A stretch of DNA of 46,033 nucleotides from Chthonomonadaceae bacterium (GTDB lineage Bacteria; Armatimonadota; Chthonomonadetes; Chthonomonadales; Chthonomonadaceae): contig DASRGZ010000171.1 of assembly GCA_035650735.1 (NCBI GenBank), positions 1 to 46,033 of the forward strand. Direction: 5' to 3'. The position numbers and the translations under genes are program-made. This document shows positions 18,874-28,692 of this stretch, in pieces; position 1 is the stretch's first letter, and each line of letters starts with the position of its first letter. The notes below the pieces were generated by a model. That model ran no database searches. It worked only from the letters and a program-made list of their open reading frames with translations, and was not told the origin of the DNA.

Positions 18874-20046
18874 TCATCCGGATTTCTCCTCTCTGGCGAA
18901 GCGGCGTTCCCAACCCTCCGCGAACAGGTTAAAAAAGGTGGTCTGGAACGGATGCTGGCCGATGACCTCTCGATTGAGTTGAACGCCTAGCCCCGGCCTT
19001 GAATCCAGGGCGGCGCGGGGAATCTCGCTCTCTATTACGTTGGGATGGCCGGGAACGGCTTCCTTGACGTGGGGCGGCATGAAATCGTCGAAGACCTCCT
19101 GCACCAGCAGATTCGGACAGGTCAGGGCAAAGTGCGCTGAGGCCGCCGTACAAACCGGTCCCTGTGAGTTGTGCGGCGCAACCATAATGCTGTAGGCGTC
19201 CGCCCAGGCGCAGAGCTTGCGCATCTCGGTCAGCCCGCCGACGTAAAGGACATCCGGCTGGAGAATATCCACGCAGCGGCTCTCGATGACCTGCCGGAAG
19301 CCGTAGCGCGTGCAGAAGTGCTCGCCGCCCGCAATCGGCACGTCAACCTTGTCCTTGACCTCACGCCAGGCCAGCGGGTCGTCCCAGGGGCAGGGCTCCT
19401 CAAACCAGCCGATTCGGTAAGGCTCGAGCGCGCGGCAGAGATCGATGGCCTGGCGCGGCGCAAACCGTCCGTGGCCCTCGATATAGATCTCGAAGTCGTC
19501 GCCGACCGCCGCGCGTAGGGCCTTCACAATGGCGACCGAAAGCGCAAACTCCTGCCGCGACAGCGTGTAGGAGCCGCCGCCGAACGGGTCAATCTTGGCG
19601 GCACGGTAGCCCCTGGCCTGGACGTCCTGCGCCCGCGCCGCGATCTTTTCCGGGTCGCGCCCGACCGTGTACCAGCCGTTGGCGTAGCAGGGCACCGCCT
19701 CGCGGTAGGCGCCGCCGAGCAGCTTATAGACCGGCACGCCCAGCGCCTGTCCCATGAGATCGTGGCAGGCGATGTCAATGGCGGAAAGCCCAGCACAGGC
19801 GATCATGCCGCCCCGGATGAAGTCGCCGCGATAGAGGCGATTCCAGAGGGCTTCGATATCGAAGGGATCGCTGCCGACGACGTGCCGGGCGGCGATCCCC
19901 TCCAGATAGGCCAGGACGGCCTCCGTGCGGTTGGCAAGCGTGGCCTCGCCGTGCCCGACCAGCCCCGCGTCGGTGTGCAGCGCAACGAAGATCAGGTTGC
20001 GCCAGCCGTCGTGCATCACATAGGTCTTGAGCTCGGTGATTTGCAT
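18874..20046 (-). CDS. Mandelate racemase/enolase superfamily acid-sugar dehydratase (galactonate dehydratase-like)
   Basis: SAIDIACHDLMGQALGVPVYKLLGG, YANGW, KIDPFG, WFEEP, GEH, LQPD, APHN. Confidence 0.9.
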   Translation of the reverse strand: MQITELKTYVMHDGWRNLIFVALHTDAGLVGHGEATLANRTEAVLAYLEGIAARHVVGSDPFDIEALWNRLYRGDFIRGGMIACAGLSAIDIACHDLMGQALGVPVYKLLGGAYREAVPCYANGWYTVGRDPEKIAARAQDVQARGYRAAKIDPFGGGSYTLSRQEFALSVAIVKALRAAVGDDFEIYIEGHGRFAPRQAIDLCRALEPYRIGWFEEPCPWDDPLAWREVKDKVDVPIAGGEHFCTRYGFRQVIESRCVDILQPDVLYVGGLTEMRKLCAWADAYSIMVAPHNSQGPVCTAASAHFALTCPNLLVQEVFDDFMPPHVKEAVPGHPNVIESEIPRAALDSRPGLGVQLNREVIGQHPFQTTFFNLFAEGWERRFAREEKSG

Positions 20047-20053
20047 TTTGGGC

Positions 20054-20506
20054 TTAAAGCTGCTCGTTCTGGAAGAACTCGATCACCTCGCCGTTCAACC
20101 CCTTCACGAAGGCAATGCGGAACTCCATTGGTGTGTCGCCGTTAATGGGAAGCGTCTTGGGCTCCATGGTCACGGTCGCGCCGGCGGCGCGGGCGCGCTC
20201 CAGGGCGGCGTCGCAATCCGTGGTGCGCAGGGCGAAGTGCAGGATCGCTCCCTCCGGTACCTCCTCGCCGGGCTGGCGCGTGCCGCCGGCAAAGACTTCC
20301 AGATAGTTGCCGTCGCCGGTATCCAGCATGACGGCGCGGCTGTCGCGCTCGCCCTTTGCCCTGCCATCCTCGCCCCAGCCGTAGACGCGGCGGAAGCCCA
20401 GCCCTTCGATGTAGAACCGCAGGGTGGCCTCGAAGTCATTGGCGCGAATGGCGACATGATGAAAACCGCCGCCCTGCAAGGCGGCGTTCTGACCGATGTT
20501 GGGCAT
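20054..20506 (-). CDS. VOC/glyoxalase family protein
   Basis: GFHHVAIR, YLEVF, HFALR, FVKGLNGEVIEF. Confidence 0.9.
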   Translation of the reverse strand: MPNIGQNAALQGGGFHHVAIRANDFEATLRFYIEGLGFRRVYGWGEDGRAKGERDSRAVMLDTGDGNYLEVFAGGTRQPGEEVPEGAILHFALRTTDCDAALERARAAGATVTMEPKTLPINGDTPMEFRIAFVKGLNGEVIEFFQNEQL

Positions 20507-20558
20507 GGAAGGCCCCTCCTTCTCTCAGGTTATTTTCTGTCGGAAGTTTCCGGCAGAG

Positions 20559-20846
20559 TCACGGGGTCGGCGCGCCGGATGGCTCAAGGTGGACGCGCCG
20601 GATGGGGATGCTGGCGATCAGGGCGACGGCGCCATCGGCGCGCTCCAGGCTGACATCCAGAGCCTTCTCGTCAATATCCACGTACTTGGAAAGGACGAGC
20701 AGGATCTCGCGGCGCATCTCCTCCATCATAGGCGCGGGAATATCCGCCCGGTCGTGCATCAGCACCAGACGCAGCCGGTCTTTGGCGACCATCTTGGCCG
20801 ATTTTTCGCTTTTGCCGAAGAGCCGTTCCCAGATATTAAGCGACAT
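20559..20846 (-). CDS. minE: Cell division topological specificity factor MinE
   Basis: SAKMVAKDRLRLVLMHDR, EILLVLSKYV; directly downstream of minD. Confidence 0.96.
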   Translation of the reverse strand: MSLNIWERLFGKSEKSAKMVAKDRLRLVLMHDRADIPAPMMEEMRREILLVLSKYVDIDEKALDVSLERADGAVALIASIPIRRVHLEPSGAPTP

Positions 20847-20869
20847 GATGTCGGGTTCTCCCTCTTGCC

Positions 20870-21682
20870 TTAGTTGCGTTGAAAGCGGCGCTTGAGCCGG
20901 TCGAAGAAGCCATTCTTCTCTTCCAAATTCAGGAACGGGACTTCCTCGCCCCGCAGGCGGCGCGCAATGTTCCTGTAAGCTTGCCCGGCCAGATTTCCAT
21001 CGTCCATGGCAGCCGGCTCGCCGCGATTGGTTGAGGTGATAATGGCCTCGTCGTCAGGCACGATCCCCAGCAGCTTGACGGAGTTGCCCAATACCTCCTG
21101 CACGTCTTCGACGCTCAGCATCTCTTGGTTTTTCACCATGCGCATACGGAGCCGATTGACGATCAGCATGGGATTGCAAAGCTCCTGCGCTTCCAGCAGG
21201 CCAATGATTCGATCCGCGTCGCGTACCGAGGCCATTTCCGGGTTCGCCACAACGATAGCTTCGGTCGCGCCCGCCGTGGCATTTTTGAATCCCTGCTCTA
21301 TCCCGGCGGGGCAATCAATCAGAATGTAGGTAAACTCCTCCGCCAACAGGTCGGCGACGACCTGCTGCATCTGCCGGCTATTGACGGCGCTTTTATCGCG
21401 CGTCTGCGCTGCCGGCAGTAGTACCAGATTCGGATTGCGTTTATCCTTGATGAGCGCCTGCCGAAGCTTGGCCCGTCCCTCGACAACATCCACAATATCG
21501 TAAACGATTCGGTTTTCGAGTCCCAGGGCGAGGTCGAGATTGCGTAATCCGATATCGGCATCTATGAGGGCGACCTTCTCGCCCAGAGCAGCCAGCGCCA
21601 CTCCTATGTTAGCCGCCGTCGTCGTCTTCCCGACTCCGCCCTTGCCTGACGTCACGACGATGACCCTTCCGGCTTTAGACAT
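20870..21682 (-). CDS. minD: Septum site-determining ATPase MinD
   Basis: TSGKGGVGKTT, DIGLRNLD, GLENRIVYD, DCPAGIEQG, RDADRIIG, C-terminal amphipathic helix. Confidence 0.98.
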   Translation of the reverse strand: MSKAGRVIVVTSGKGGVGKTTTAANIGVALAALGEKVALIDADIGLRNLDLALGLENRIVYDIVDVVEGRAKLRQALIKDKRNPNLVLLPAAQTRDKSAVNSRQMQQVVADLLAEEFTYILIDCPAGIEQGFKNATAGATEAIVVANPEMASVRDADRIIGLLEAQELCNPMLIVNRLRMRMVKNQEMLSVEDVQEVLGNSVKLLGIVPDDEAIITSTNRGEPAAMDDGNLAGQAYRNIARRLRGEEVPFLNLEEKNGFFDRLKRRFQRN

Positions 21683-21721
21683 TAATAAAAACTTCCTCCT
21701 CCGCTGAGAGTTGAGACCCTA

Positions 21722-22417
21722 TTATACCCGTGAAACCTGAATTGCGCCGTTCTCGATTCGGGCAACTTCCGGCAGGCGCTCCCCCGGCCCGGCGTATCCG
21801 GCCTCTTCCGGGGCACGCGCGATCTGGCCCGCGATGCGTATCTGCTGGGGACGCATACGGCCTGCAATGATACGGGCCTGCTCGTTTCCCTGACTGCCCG
21901 CATGGGCCAGGCCGCGCAGGACGCCAAAGACGAGGATATCCCCCTCGGCGACCACTTCCGCTCCGGCGTTGACATCCCCGCCGACGATGATATGCCCGGC
22001 ATGTACGATGCGCTGCCCGGAACGCACCGTTTGGGGCACATACAGCGCATTGTTCCGGGAGAGCGTGCCGCTCTCTTCCGCCGCCAGGCTGGTTCCCGGC
22101 AGCATCAGGTAGGCAGCGAGCCCCAGCTTGCGCGCCGCCTCTTGCGTTGCGCTGTCTGTTCCAACGACGGCGACAGTCAGCAGCTCGTAATCCCTTTTGA
22201 GCCAGTCTACCAGGGCCTCCAGCTCGGCCTGGAAAACCGAACGCACACCGAAGTTAATGGTTAACTGAGCGCCCCGTCCGAGGAGGCTGTTTCTGTTTTC
22301 CTGGAGTCGGGCTTCCACCTGCGTCAGCGCCTCCTGCCAGGCGCTCTCAGCGGGTATCACCAGTAACAGCTCTCTCAGCAGTCCGTTGCGCCATGCTTTC
22401 AGCTCCACCGGTTGCAA
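21722..22417 (-). CDS. minC: Septum site-determining protein MinC
   Basis: TVRSGQ..GDVNAGAEVVA.G.I.V.G.LRG.AHAG. Likely TTG start at 22417 after GGAGGA. Confidence 0.93.
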   Translation of the reverse strand: MQPVELKAWRNGLLRELLLVIPAESAWQEALTQVEARLQENRNSLLGRGAQLTINFGVRSVFQAELEALVDWLKRDYELLTVAVVGTDSATQEAARKLGLAAYLMLPGTSLAAEESGTLSRNNALYVPQTVRSGQRIVHAGHIIVGGDVNAGAEVVAEGDILVFGVLRGLAHAGSQGNEQARIIAGRMRPQQIRIAGQIARAPEEAGYAGPGERLPEVARIENGAIQVSRV

Positions 22418-22464
22418 CTTACAACGTTCCTCCCCCAAACATCCAATACTTACCTTCAAAGCTA

Positions 22465-22782
22465 TCATCGCGGGCGGGGAGCACAGGAAACCCAGGGCAC
22501 TTTGTCTTTAGCCCCGGCCCGTTCCAGCAGAACGATGACCTCAGTATGACCTCCCCACTTGGCATAACCAAGCGCGTTCAGTTCGTTGGGGTCCACTCCA
22601 GCACGCAGCAGCCGCTGGACCTCTAGGACATCGCCCTGGTAGGCGGCGTTACATAAGGCGTCTGCACGAGCCAATCGCCACACTTTGACCAGTAAGGAGC
22701 CAAGCACGGCGACCACCAATGCCAGGGTGAGCAGAATTGCAGCGGGGACAGAGACCCGCCGCAATCGGAAGGGAGAGGCCAT
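22465..22782 (-). CDS. Small membrane-anchored ankyrin-repeat protein
   Basis: TM helix, then LCNAAYQGDVLEVQRLLRAGVDPN and ALGYAKWGGHTEVIVLLERAGA. AGGAGGT RBS. Confidence 0.8.
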   Translation of the reverse strand: MASPFRLRRVSVPAAILLTLALVVAVLGSLLVKVWRLARADALCNAAYQGDVLEVQRLLRAGVDPNELNALGYAKWGGHTEVIVLLERAGAKDKVPWVSCAPRPR

Positions 22783-22815
22783 TTGGCACCTCCTGTCGAG
22801 GAGATAGGCCATGCT

Positions 22816-23094
22816 TTACTGGGCGTCCTCATAGAGCTTTTCGCGGTCAAAGGCTTCTGGAGGCAAGACGGGAAGATGGCGGTTCTTCTCGGCAAGCTCA
22901 TCCATGAGCCGAATACGCTCCTCGACGGAGAGGGCAGGGTACTCTATGCCTTCTTCAATCCGGTGCTCTTTTGGCAAAGAAACCCGCGTCAGACGGAACC
23001 GCTCCTGGGGCGGTTGCTGCTTCAAATAGCGGGCAAGCTCCTCGGCCGTTCCTGCGTATTTGGAAGCGTCCTCTATGCTTTTGGGGCGAGCCAT
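22816..23094 (-). CDS. Putative antitoxin-like protein (VapB-type C-terminus)
   Basis: GAGGAGG RBS; C-terminus LPVLPPEAFDREKLYED resembles PIN-associated antitoxins; followed 3 bp later by MAYLLD. Confidence 0.6.
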   Translation of the reverse strand: MARPKSIEDASKYAGTAEELARYLKQQPPQERFRLTRVSLPKEHRIEEGIEYPALSVEERIRLMDELAEKNRHLPVLPPEAFDREKLYEDAQ

Positions 23095-23201
23095 CTGCCT
23101 TTCCTCCTCCGGTTCCATAGTCCCCAGGTCCCTGACGATCCTGCGGGGATAATTCGCTAAGGCTCCGTCCTCATCCTCCCTGACTTTACGGGCCGAATTG
23201 C

Positions 23202-24047
23202 TCACTTAAAGGCCACGAGGCCGAACGCCTCTGGCCGGCGCTGGACGCGCCCGAACCCCGCCTCTTGCAAGCGGCGCACGGCGCCTTTGGCGACGCCGCT
23301 GCCCGAAGCGCTCTCCAGGTCGCCGATATAGTGGAACAGCCGTCCGCCGCGCTTGAGCACCCGGAACAACTGGCGGTAGAAGGCGCCGGAGTAGAGCTGT
23401 CCGGCCAGGCTGAAGGTGGGCGGGTCGTGGAAGATGCGGTGGAACGACTCGTCCTCCAGCTTTGCGATCTCTACGGCGGCGTCGCCGACAATCTGGCGGA
23501 TTTTGGGGCTTTCAAAGAGCGCCTGCGCCCAGGGATTGAGTCGCGCCACCTCCAGCGCCGTGGGATCTAGCTCGATGGTGATGACCTGCGAGGCGGTCTT
23601 GGCGGCGGCGATGGCTGTGTAGCCCAGCCCGGTACAGACATCCAGCACGCGCCCGGTGATCGGGGCGATGGCGGCGACCTTGCGCTGGGTATCCTCGTCG
23701 GGATCAATGCCTTTGATGCGGTGCATGAGGAATCCGGCCACCAGCATCGTCGGGGCGCGCTCGGTGGGCATCAGACTATAGAATCGATTCAGGGATTCGG
23801 AGAAAAATTGAATCCGTTGCGGCGTACTCCCCTGCACGAGAAAGCAGGTGGAGTCGTTATCGGCAATCGCTTCGACGTCGGCCCAGGCGAGTCGCTGCCC
23901 ATCAGGAAAGACGACGCCCTGCGGCTCCAAGCGCACTTCGCTCTGCGTCCGATTCAGATCCAGGGAGGTGAGCGCGGCGCTTTTGCCCTCCCGCCGCGCC
24001 TCCAGCAGGGGCCTGGCCTGGAAGTGTGAGAGAACGATAGACATCAT
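23202..24047 (-). CDS. Class I SAM-dependent methyltransferase (COG2521-like)
   Basis: [28 protein letters not shown]. Confidence 0.88.
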   Translation of the reverse strand: MMSIVLSHFQARPLLEARREGKSAALTSLDLNRTQSEVRLEPQGVVFPDGQRLAWADVEAIADNDSTCFLVQGSTPQRIQFFSESLNRFYSLMPTERAPTMLVAGFLMHRIKGIDPDEDTQRKVAAIAPITGRVLDVCTGLGYTAIAAAKTASQVITIELDPTALEVARLNPWAQALFESPKIRQIVGDAAVEIAKLEDESFHRIFHDPPTFSLAGQLYSGAFYRQLFRVLKRGGRLFHYIGDLESASGSGVAKGAVRRLQEAGFGRVQRRPEAFGLVAFK

Positions 24048-24090
24048 ACCCTTTCAAGGAGAGGGGGCGGAGGTGAGGTCTCTTGGAGCG

Positions 24091-25836
24091 CTACCACTCT
24101 GGCGGCTGGATGTCTTCCACTATGAACTGAATATAGCGCCGTCCGTTCCAGTCGTTAAAGGCCGGGCGATAGCACAGGTCGAGCGTCATGCCGGGCTCCA
24201 GCGCCTCGGCCAGTTCGCCGCGATTCCACCAGGGCGCCTGCACGATATGGCGCCCGTTGAGCCCGTCTACCTTAAGCGTCAGCCGGAGATGCTGCTTTTC
24301 AGGGCCCATGCGTATAGTCTCCAGCACCGGCACGCCCCGGCTGACAAAATAGGGCGGGTGGTTGCCGCCGCCGAAGGGCGCGAGCGTTTCGATCTGGTGG
24401 AGCAGGTCGGCGCTGATTTCGGAGGGGTCGAGATCCATCGCTACCTCGATGGAGGGCTGGCAGTCCTCCTTCGAGAGCAGCGCGCCCGCCAGGCGATTCA
24501 TCTGCGCGGCGAAGTCTTCGACCTGCGCGCCCTCGATCGCCAGCCCGGCGGCGTGGGCATGGCCTCCGTACTCCAGGAGCAGGTCGCGGCAGGCGTCAAT
24601 GGCGTCGAAGATATTGAAGGCATGAATGCTGCGCGCCGACCCGCGCCCCGCGCCCGTTGCCTCGTCTAGCGCGATCAGAATGCAGGGCCGGTGAAACCGA
24701 TCCACGATCTTGCTGGCGACGATGCCGACGATGCCCGCCGACCAGCCCGTTCCCGCCACGACCAGGCAGCGCGCCTCCATCCTGTCCTGCTGCGCTACCT
24801 GCTCCAGCGCCTCATTAAGGATGCGTTCCTGTTCCTCTTTGCGCTGTATATTGCACTCGTTGAGGCGGCGTGCCAGAAGGCGGGCCTCCGCCTCGTCTTT
24901 GGTCAGCAGCAGGTCGAGGGCGATCTGGGTTTCATCTACGCGGCTGGCGGCGTTCAGGCGCGGCCCAAGCCCGAAGCTGATGCTGCTAGAATCCAGGGTT
25001 CGCCCCGTATAGCCGCTGACCTCGATGAGCGCGCGCAGGCCCGGCTTGTTGGTGCTTTGGAGGGCCTCCAGGCCGAATTTGGCGATGACGCGGTTCTCGT
25101 CTATGAGCGGCATCATGTCGGTCACGGTGCCGATAGCCGCCAGGTCGAGAAACTTGCGGCGGAACGAGTCGGGCTTGTAGCCCAGGTAGCGGGTAAGCGC
25201 CTCGCAGAGCTTGAAAGCCACGCCCACGCCGGCCAGGTCGGGGAAGGGGTAGCGGGAGTCTTTGCGGTGGGGATTGACGACGGCGACGGCCTGGGGCAGC
25301 GCGCCGCCGGCATTGGGCGTGTGGTGGTCGCTAATGATGACATCTATGCCGTACTGGCGGGCGTGCTCCACCTCGTCCACGCGCTGAATGCCGCAGTCGG
25401 TGGTGACGATGAGCCTGACGCCTTCCTGCCGGGCCTGCTCGATGATGGGCACGCGCATGTCGTAGCCGTCGCGCTTGCGGTGGGGCACGAAGACATCCAC
25501 GCAGCCGCCGAGACTGCGCAGCACGCGCGTCCAGAGCGCGGCGGAGGTGACGCCATCGCCGTCGTAGTCGCCGTGCACCAGGATGCGCTCTTTGTTATTC
25601 AGGGCACGCTTGAGGCGCTCACAGGCGGCCTCGGCATCCGGCAGGAGGAAGGGATCGTGCAGGCGATCCAGGGAGGGGTTGAGGAAGGCATCGGCGGCTT
25701 CCGGCGTGGTCAGGCCGCGCTGCACCAGCAGGCGCGCCATGATTGGATGCACGCCCAGCTCCATCTGGAGCTTCGCTTCGGCCTGTATGTCGCCGGGCAG
25801 GATATGCCAGCGTTTGGAGACATGGGGGCGTCTCAT
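24091..25836 (-). CDS. recJ: Single-stranded DNA-specific exonuclease RecJ
   Basis: GDYDGDG, TDCG, SDHH, LAGVGVAF, GPRLNA, GSARS, GGHAHAAG, PFGGGN. Confidence 0.97.
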   Translation of the reverse strand: MRRPHVSKRWHILPGDIQAEAKLQMELGVHPIMARLLVQRGLTTPEAADAFLNPSLDRLHDPFLLPDAEAACERLKRALNNKERILVHGDYDGDGVTSAALWTRVLRSLGGCVDVFVPHRKRDGYDMRVPIIEQARQEGVRLIVTTDCGIQRVDEVEHARQYGIDVIISDHHTPNAGGALPQAVAVVNPHRKDSRYPFPDLAGVGVAFKLCEALTRYLGYKPDSFRRKFLDLAAIGTVTDMMPLIDENRVIAKFGLEALQSTNKPGLRALIEVSGYTGRTLDSSSISFGLGPRLNAASRVDETQIALDLLLTKDEAEARLLARRLNECNIQRKEEQERILNEALEQVAQQDRMEARCLVVAGTGWSAGIVGIVASKIVDRFHRPCILIALDEATGAGRGSARSIHAFNIFDAIDACRDLLLEYGGHAHAAGLAIEGAQVEDFAAQMNRLAGALLSKEDCQPSIEVAMDLDPSEISADLLHQIETLAPFGGGNHPPYFVSRGVPVLETIRMGPEKQHLRLTLKVDGLNGRHIVQAPWWNRGELAEALEPGMTLDLCYRPAFNDWNGRRYIQFIVEDIQPPEW

Positions 25837-25905
25837 GAATCGCGCCTCCCGGATAGGAGATTGGATGCCTTCGCCTGTAAGCCTTGAGTTATCCGCATCA
25901 GAAGG

Positions 25906-26184
25906 TTAGGGTCTCCCCGGATGTTCCCGCTCCCCGGCGCGAATAGTCTGAACACCTTCTAACTGGCGACCCTCCTGCGATGTGAACAGCCCCAGAAGGC
26001 TATGCCCCAGTATTCCGATCCCGACTCCCAGGCCGAAGGCAATCGCGATGACGAGGGTAAGCGGATAGTAACCCGGCAGCGGCCAGACCGGCACCCTAGG
26101 GACGTAATTCATGAACGCAAAGGAGGTCACCAATACAGCCAGGACCACCAGAAGGATAGTGCGTAGATTGATTTTACCCTTCAT
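25906..26184 (-). CDS. LapA-like (DUF1049) two-TM membrane protein
   Basis: Two hydrophobic helices around FAFMN..V.V..L; PLTLVIAIAFGLG. Confidence 0.65.
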   Translation of the reverse strand: MKGKINLRTILLVVLAVLVTSFAFMNYVPRVPVWPLPGYYPLTLVIAIAFGLGVGIGILGHSLLGLFTSQEGRQLEGVQTIRAGEREHPGRP

Positions 26185-26206
26185 CGGCCTCTCCTTTGGA
26201 CCTAAC

Positions 26207-26364
26207 CCTTCCGGCAGGCTAAACCCTGCCGCTCGGGGGCGCTTTGCGCCCGTCGCCTAACCTGCGTGGGCGAGACGTTCTGCCTGCGAAAGAAAGCATT
26301 CTGCCCGCGTAGGCGGGCAGCTAGCCGGAGGCTCTACAGCGGCAGGGTTTAGCCTGCCGGAAGG
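26207..26364. repeat. Inverted pair of family A REP-like elements (REPIN/BIME-like)
   Basis: Perfect 27-bp inverted repeat at 26207-26233 and 26338-26364, 104 bp apart. Confidence 0.88.
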
Positions 26365-26368
26365 AGAG

Positions 26369-27502
26369 TTAGGTTTTAGCAGACCGGAGCACCGCACAGA
26401 TACGTTCCGCCGCGCTGCCGTCGCCGTAGGGATTGACGGCCCGGGCCATCTGCGCGTGCGCCTCCGGGTCGGTGAGCAGACGGTGGGCCTCCGCGACGAT
26501 GGCATCCTCCTCCGTGCCGACCAGCCTGGCCGTTCCTGCCGCTACGCCCTCCGGTCTCTCGGTCGTCTGGCGCAGCACCAGGATCGGCACGCCCAGCGTC
26601 GGGGCCTCCTCCTGCACGCCGCCGCTATCGGTCAGGATCAGCGCGGCCCGCTGCATCAGCTTGACGAAAGGCACGTAGTCGGGCGGCTCGATCAGATGCA
26701 CGCGCGGCACGTTCTCCAGAATCGGGCAGAGCGTCTCCCGCACCACCGGGTTTTTATGCAGAGCGACCACGATCTCGCAGTCGGCGAACGCCTCCGCCAG
26801 CCGCGCCAGCGCCCGTCCGATGGAGGCCATCGGCGCGCCCCAGTTCTCCCGGCGGTGCGCCGTCACCAGAATCAGCCTCCTGTCCCCTTCTACGATGGCC
26901 CGCAGCTCCGGGTTCTCGAAGCGGTAAGGCCGCTCCGCCACGGATCGCAGCGCATCAATGCTGGTGTTGCCGGTAACGTAGATCGTCTCTGCCGGGATGC
27001 CCTCGGCCAGGAGGTTGGCGCGTGCCTCTTCCGTTGGGGCGAAGTGCCAGGTCGCCAAGGCGCTTGCCAGCCGCCGGTTCATCTCCTCCGGGAAGGGATC
27101 ATAGCGGTTATGGGTGCGCAGGCCCGCCTCCACATGGCCGAAGGCGACCTTGTGATAGAAGGCGGCCAGCCCCGCCACGAACGTCGTCGTTGTGTCGCCC
27201 TGTGCCAGGCAGATATCCGCCGGATGCGCGCGCAGATCGGCATCCAGCCCCTCCAGGGCGCGCGTGGTGATTTGTGCCAGCGTCTGCCCGTGCTGCATGA
27301 TCGCCAGGTCCTGATCGGGTTGGATATCAAAGACGCGCAAGACCTGATCTAGCTGCTCGCGATGCTGGCCGGTGACGACGATACGAACCTCAAAATCCTG
27401 CGGATAGCGCCGCAACTCCAGCACGACCGGGGCCATCTTCACGGCGTCCGGGCGCGTGCCAAAAACACACAGAACGCGGGTTTTGGAGTTGGCTAGAGTC
27501 AT
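26369..27502 (-). CDS. wecB: UDP-N-acetylglucosamine 2-epimerase (non-hydrolysing)
   Basis: FGTRP, TGQH, QGDT, HVEAGLR, PFPEE.NR, TGNT.IDAL, HRREN, TDSGGVQEEAP, TERPE, NPYGDG. Confidence 0.96.
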   Translation of the reverse strand: MTLANSKTRVLCVFGTRPDAVKMAPVVLELRRYPQDFEVRIVVTGQHREQLDQVLRVFDIQPDQDLAIMQHGQTLAQITTRALEGLDADLRAHPADICLAQGDTTTTFVAGLAAFYHKVAFGHVEAGLRTHNRYDPFPEEMNRRLASALATWHFAPTEEARANLLAEGIPAETIYVTGNTSIDALRSVAERPYRFENPELRAIVEGDRRLILVTAHRRENWGAPMASIGRALARLAEAFADCEIVVALHKNPVVRETLCPILENVPRVHLIEPPDYVPFVKLMQRAALILTDSGGVQEEAPTLGVPILVLRQTTERPEGVAAGTARLVGTEEDAIVAEAHRLLTDPEAHAQMARAVNPYGDGSAAERICAVLRSAKT

Positions 27503-27508
27503 GCGCTG

Positions 27509-28531
27509 CTACGGCCCAAAGCGGCCCCGGCCTGCAAAGAAGATCGCAAGCGCGGTAATGCAGAGTGTAAAGGCGACGCTGTAGATGAACCAGACGACCT
27601 GCTTCTGGTTCCAGCCGCGCTCCAGCAGGCGATGGTGCAGATGGCGCTTATCCGCAACGGTGAGCGGGGCGCGGGCGATCAGGCGCCGGGCCAGAACGTG
27701 CGTGAAGTCCAAGATCGGCACGCCCAGCACCAGGATCGGCACTAGCATGGAGACCGCAGCCGCCATCTTAAACGCGCCCAGGATCGAGATCGCGGCCAGC
27801 ACCAAGCCGAGCACCTGCGCGCCGATGGTGCCCATGATGATCTTGGCAGGGTGGTAGTTGTGGCGCAGAAAGCCCAGGCAGGCCCCGGCGATCGCTGCCG
27901 CCATCAAGGCCAGGGTCGGGCCGTCCGTGGTATGAAGCTGCGCCGACATCAGGGCCAGCGTCGCCGCGGAGATGGCGCAGACGCCCGCCGCCAGGCCGTC
28001 TACCCCGTCAATGGCGTCTACGGTCTTAGTGACGATGAAGACCCACGCCACCGTCACCAGCACCGAGGCCCCCATGCTGAAGGCGTGCCAGTTCAGCGCA
28101 GGATTATATTTTAGCCCGATGGCGCCGCCGAGGGGATTGGTGACGCCTTCGATCCGGACGCCGAACGCGGCCAGTATCAGCCCGGCCACGACAATTGCCA
28201 GCGCCTGCCATTTGGCCGAAACGTTCTTAAAGTCGTCAATCAGGCCGGCGATGGCGATAAAGGTGGCTGCTACCAGCACGCCGACCACCTGCAGCGTCCA
28301 GGTATGCTGCCCAGGGCGTGCAAAGTGGCGGCAGGTAACGGTGAGGATAACCGCGATGAGAAATCCGAGGAAAATGGCGACTCCGCCCGCGCGCGGCATG
28401 GGCTTAGTGTTAATGCGGCGCGCTTCGGGCTGGTCCACCGCGCCCATCTTCTCCGACCAGCGGCGCACGCTCGGCGTCAGAAGAGCGGTCACCACGGCGG
28501 CGACAAAGGCGGCTACGATTATCCCATACAT
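27509..28531 (-). CDS. Undecaprenyl-phosphate GlcNAc-1-phosphate transferase (WecA/TagO, MraY-like family)
   Basis: Multi-TM; PRAGG, GLIDD, IDGVDGLA, ADKRHLHH. The usual MGD motif reads MGT. Confidence 0.9.
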   Translation of the reverse strand: MYGIIVAAFVAAVVTALLTPSVRRWSEKMGAVDQPEARRINTKPMPRAGGVAIFLGFLIAVILTVTCRHFARPGQHTWTLQVVGVLVAATFIAIAGLIDDFKNVSAKWQALAIVVAGLILAAFGVRIEGVTNPLGGAIGLKYNPALNWHAFSMGASVLVTVAWVFIVTKTVDAIDGVDGLAAGVCAISAATLALMSAQLHTTDGPTLALMAAAIAGACLGFLRHNYHPAKIIMGTIGAQVLGLVLAAISILGAFKMAAAVSMLVPILVLGVPILDFTHVLARRLIARAPLTVADKRHLHHRLLERGWNQKQVVWFIYSVAFTLCITALAIFFAGRGRFGP

Positions 28532-28692
28532 GCCTGGCCCCCTCGCGCCCTGGTAAGGCGCCTGCTACAGTAGAGGAGGTACTGCCCATAAAGAACGTTC
28601 ACTCTCGTCTTCTTCCTCGTGTCGAAGGTCGTCCGTCCCTGGCAAGAAACCTATCCGTATGAAACCTCGGCAGTGGTGCCGGAGATAACGTC

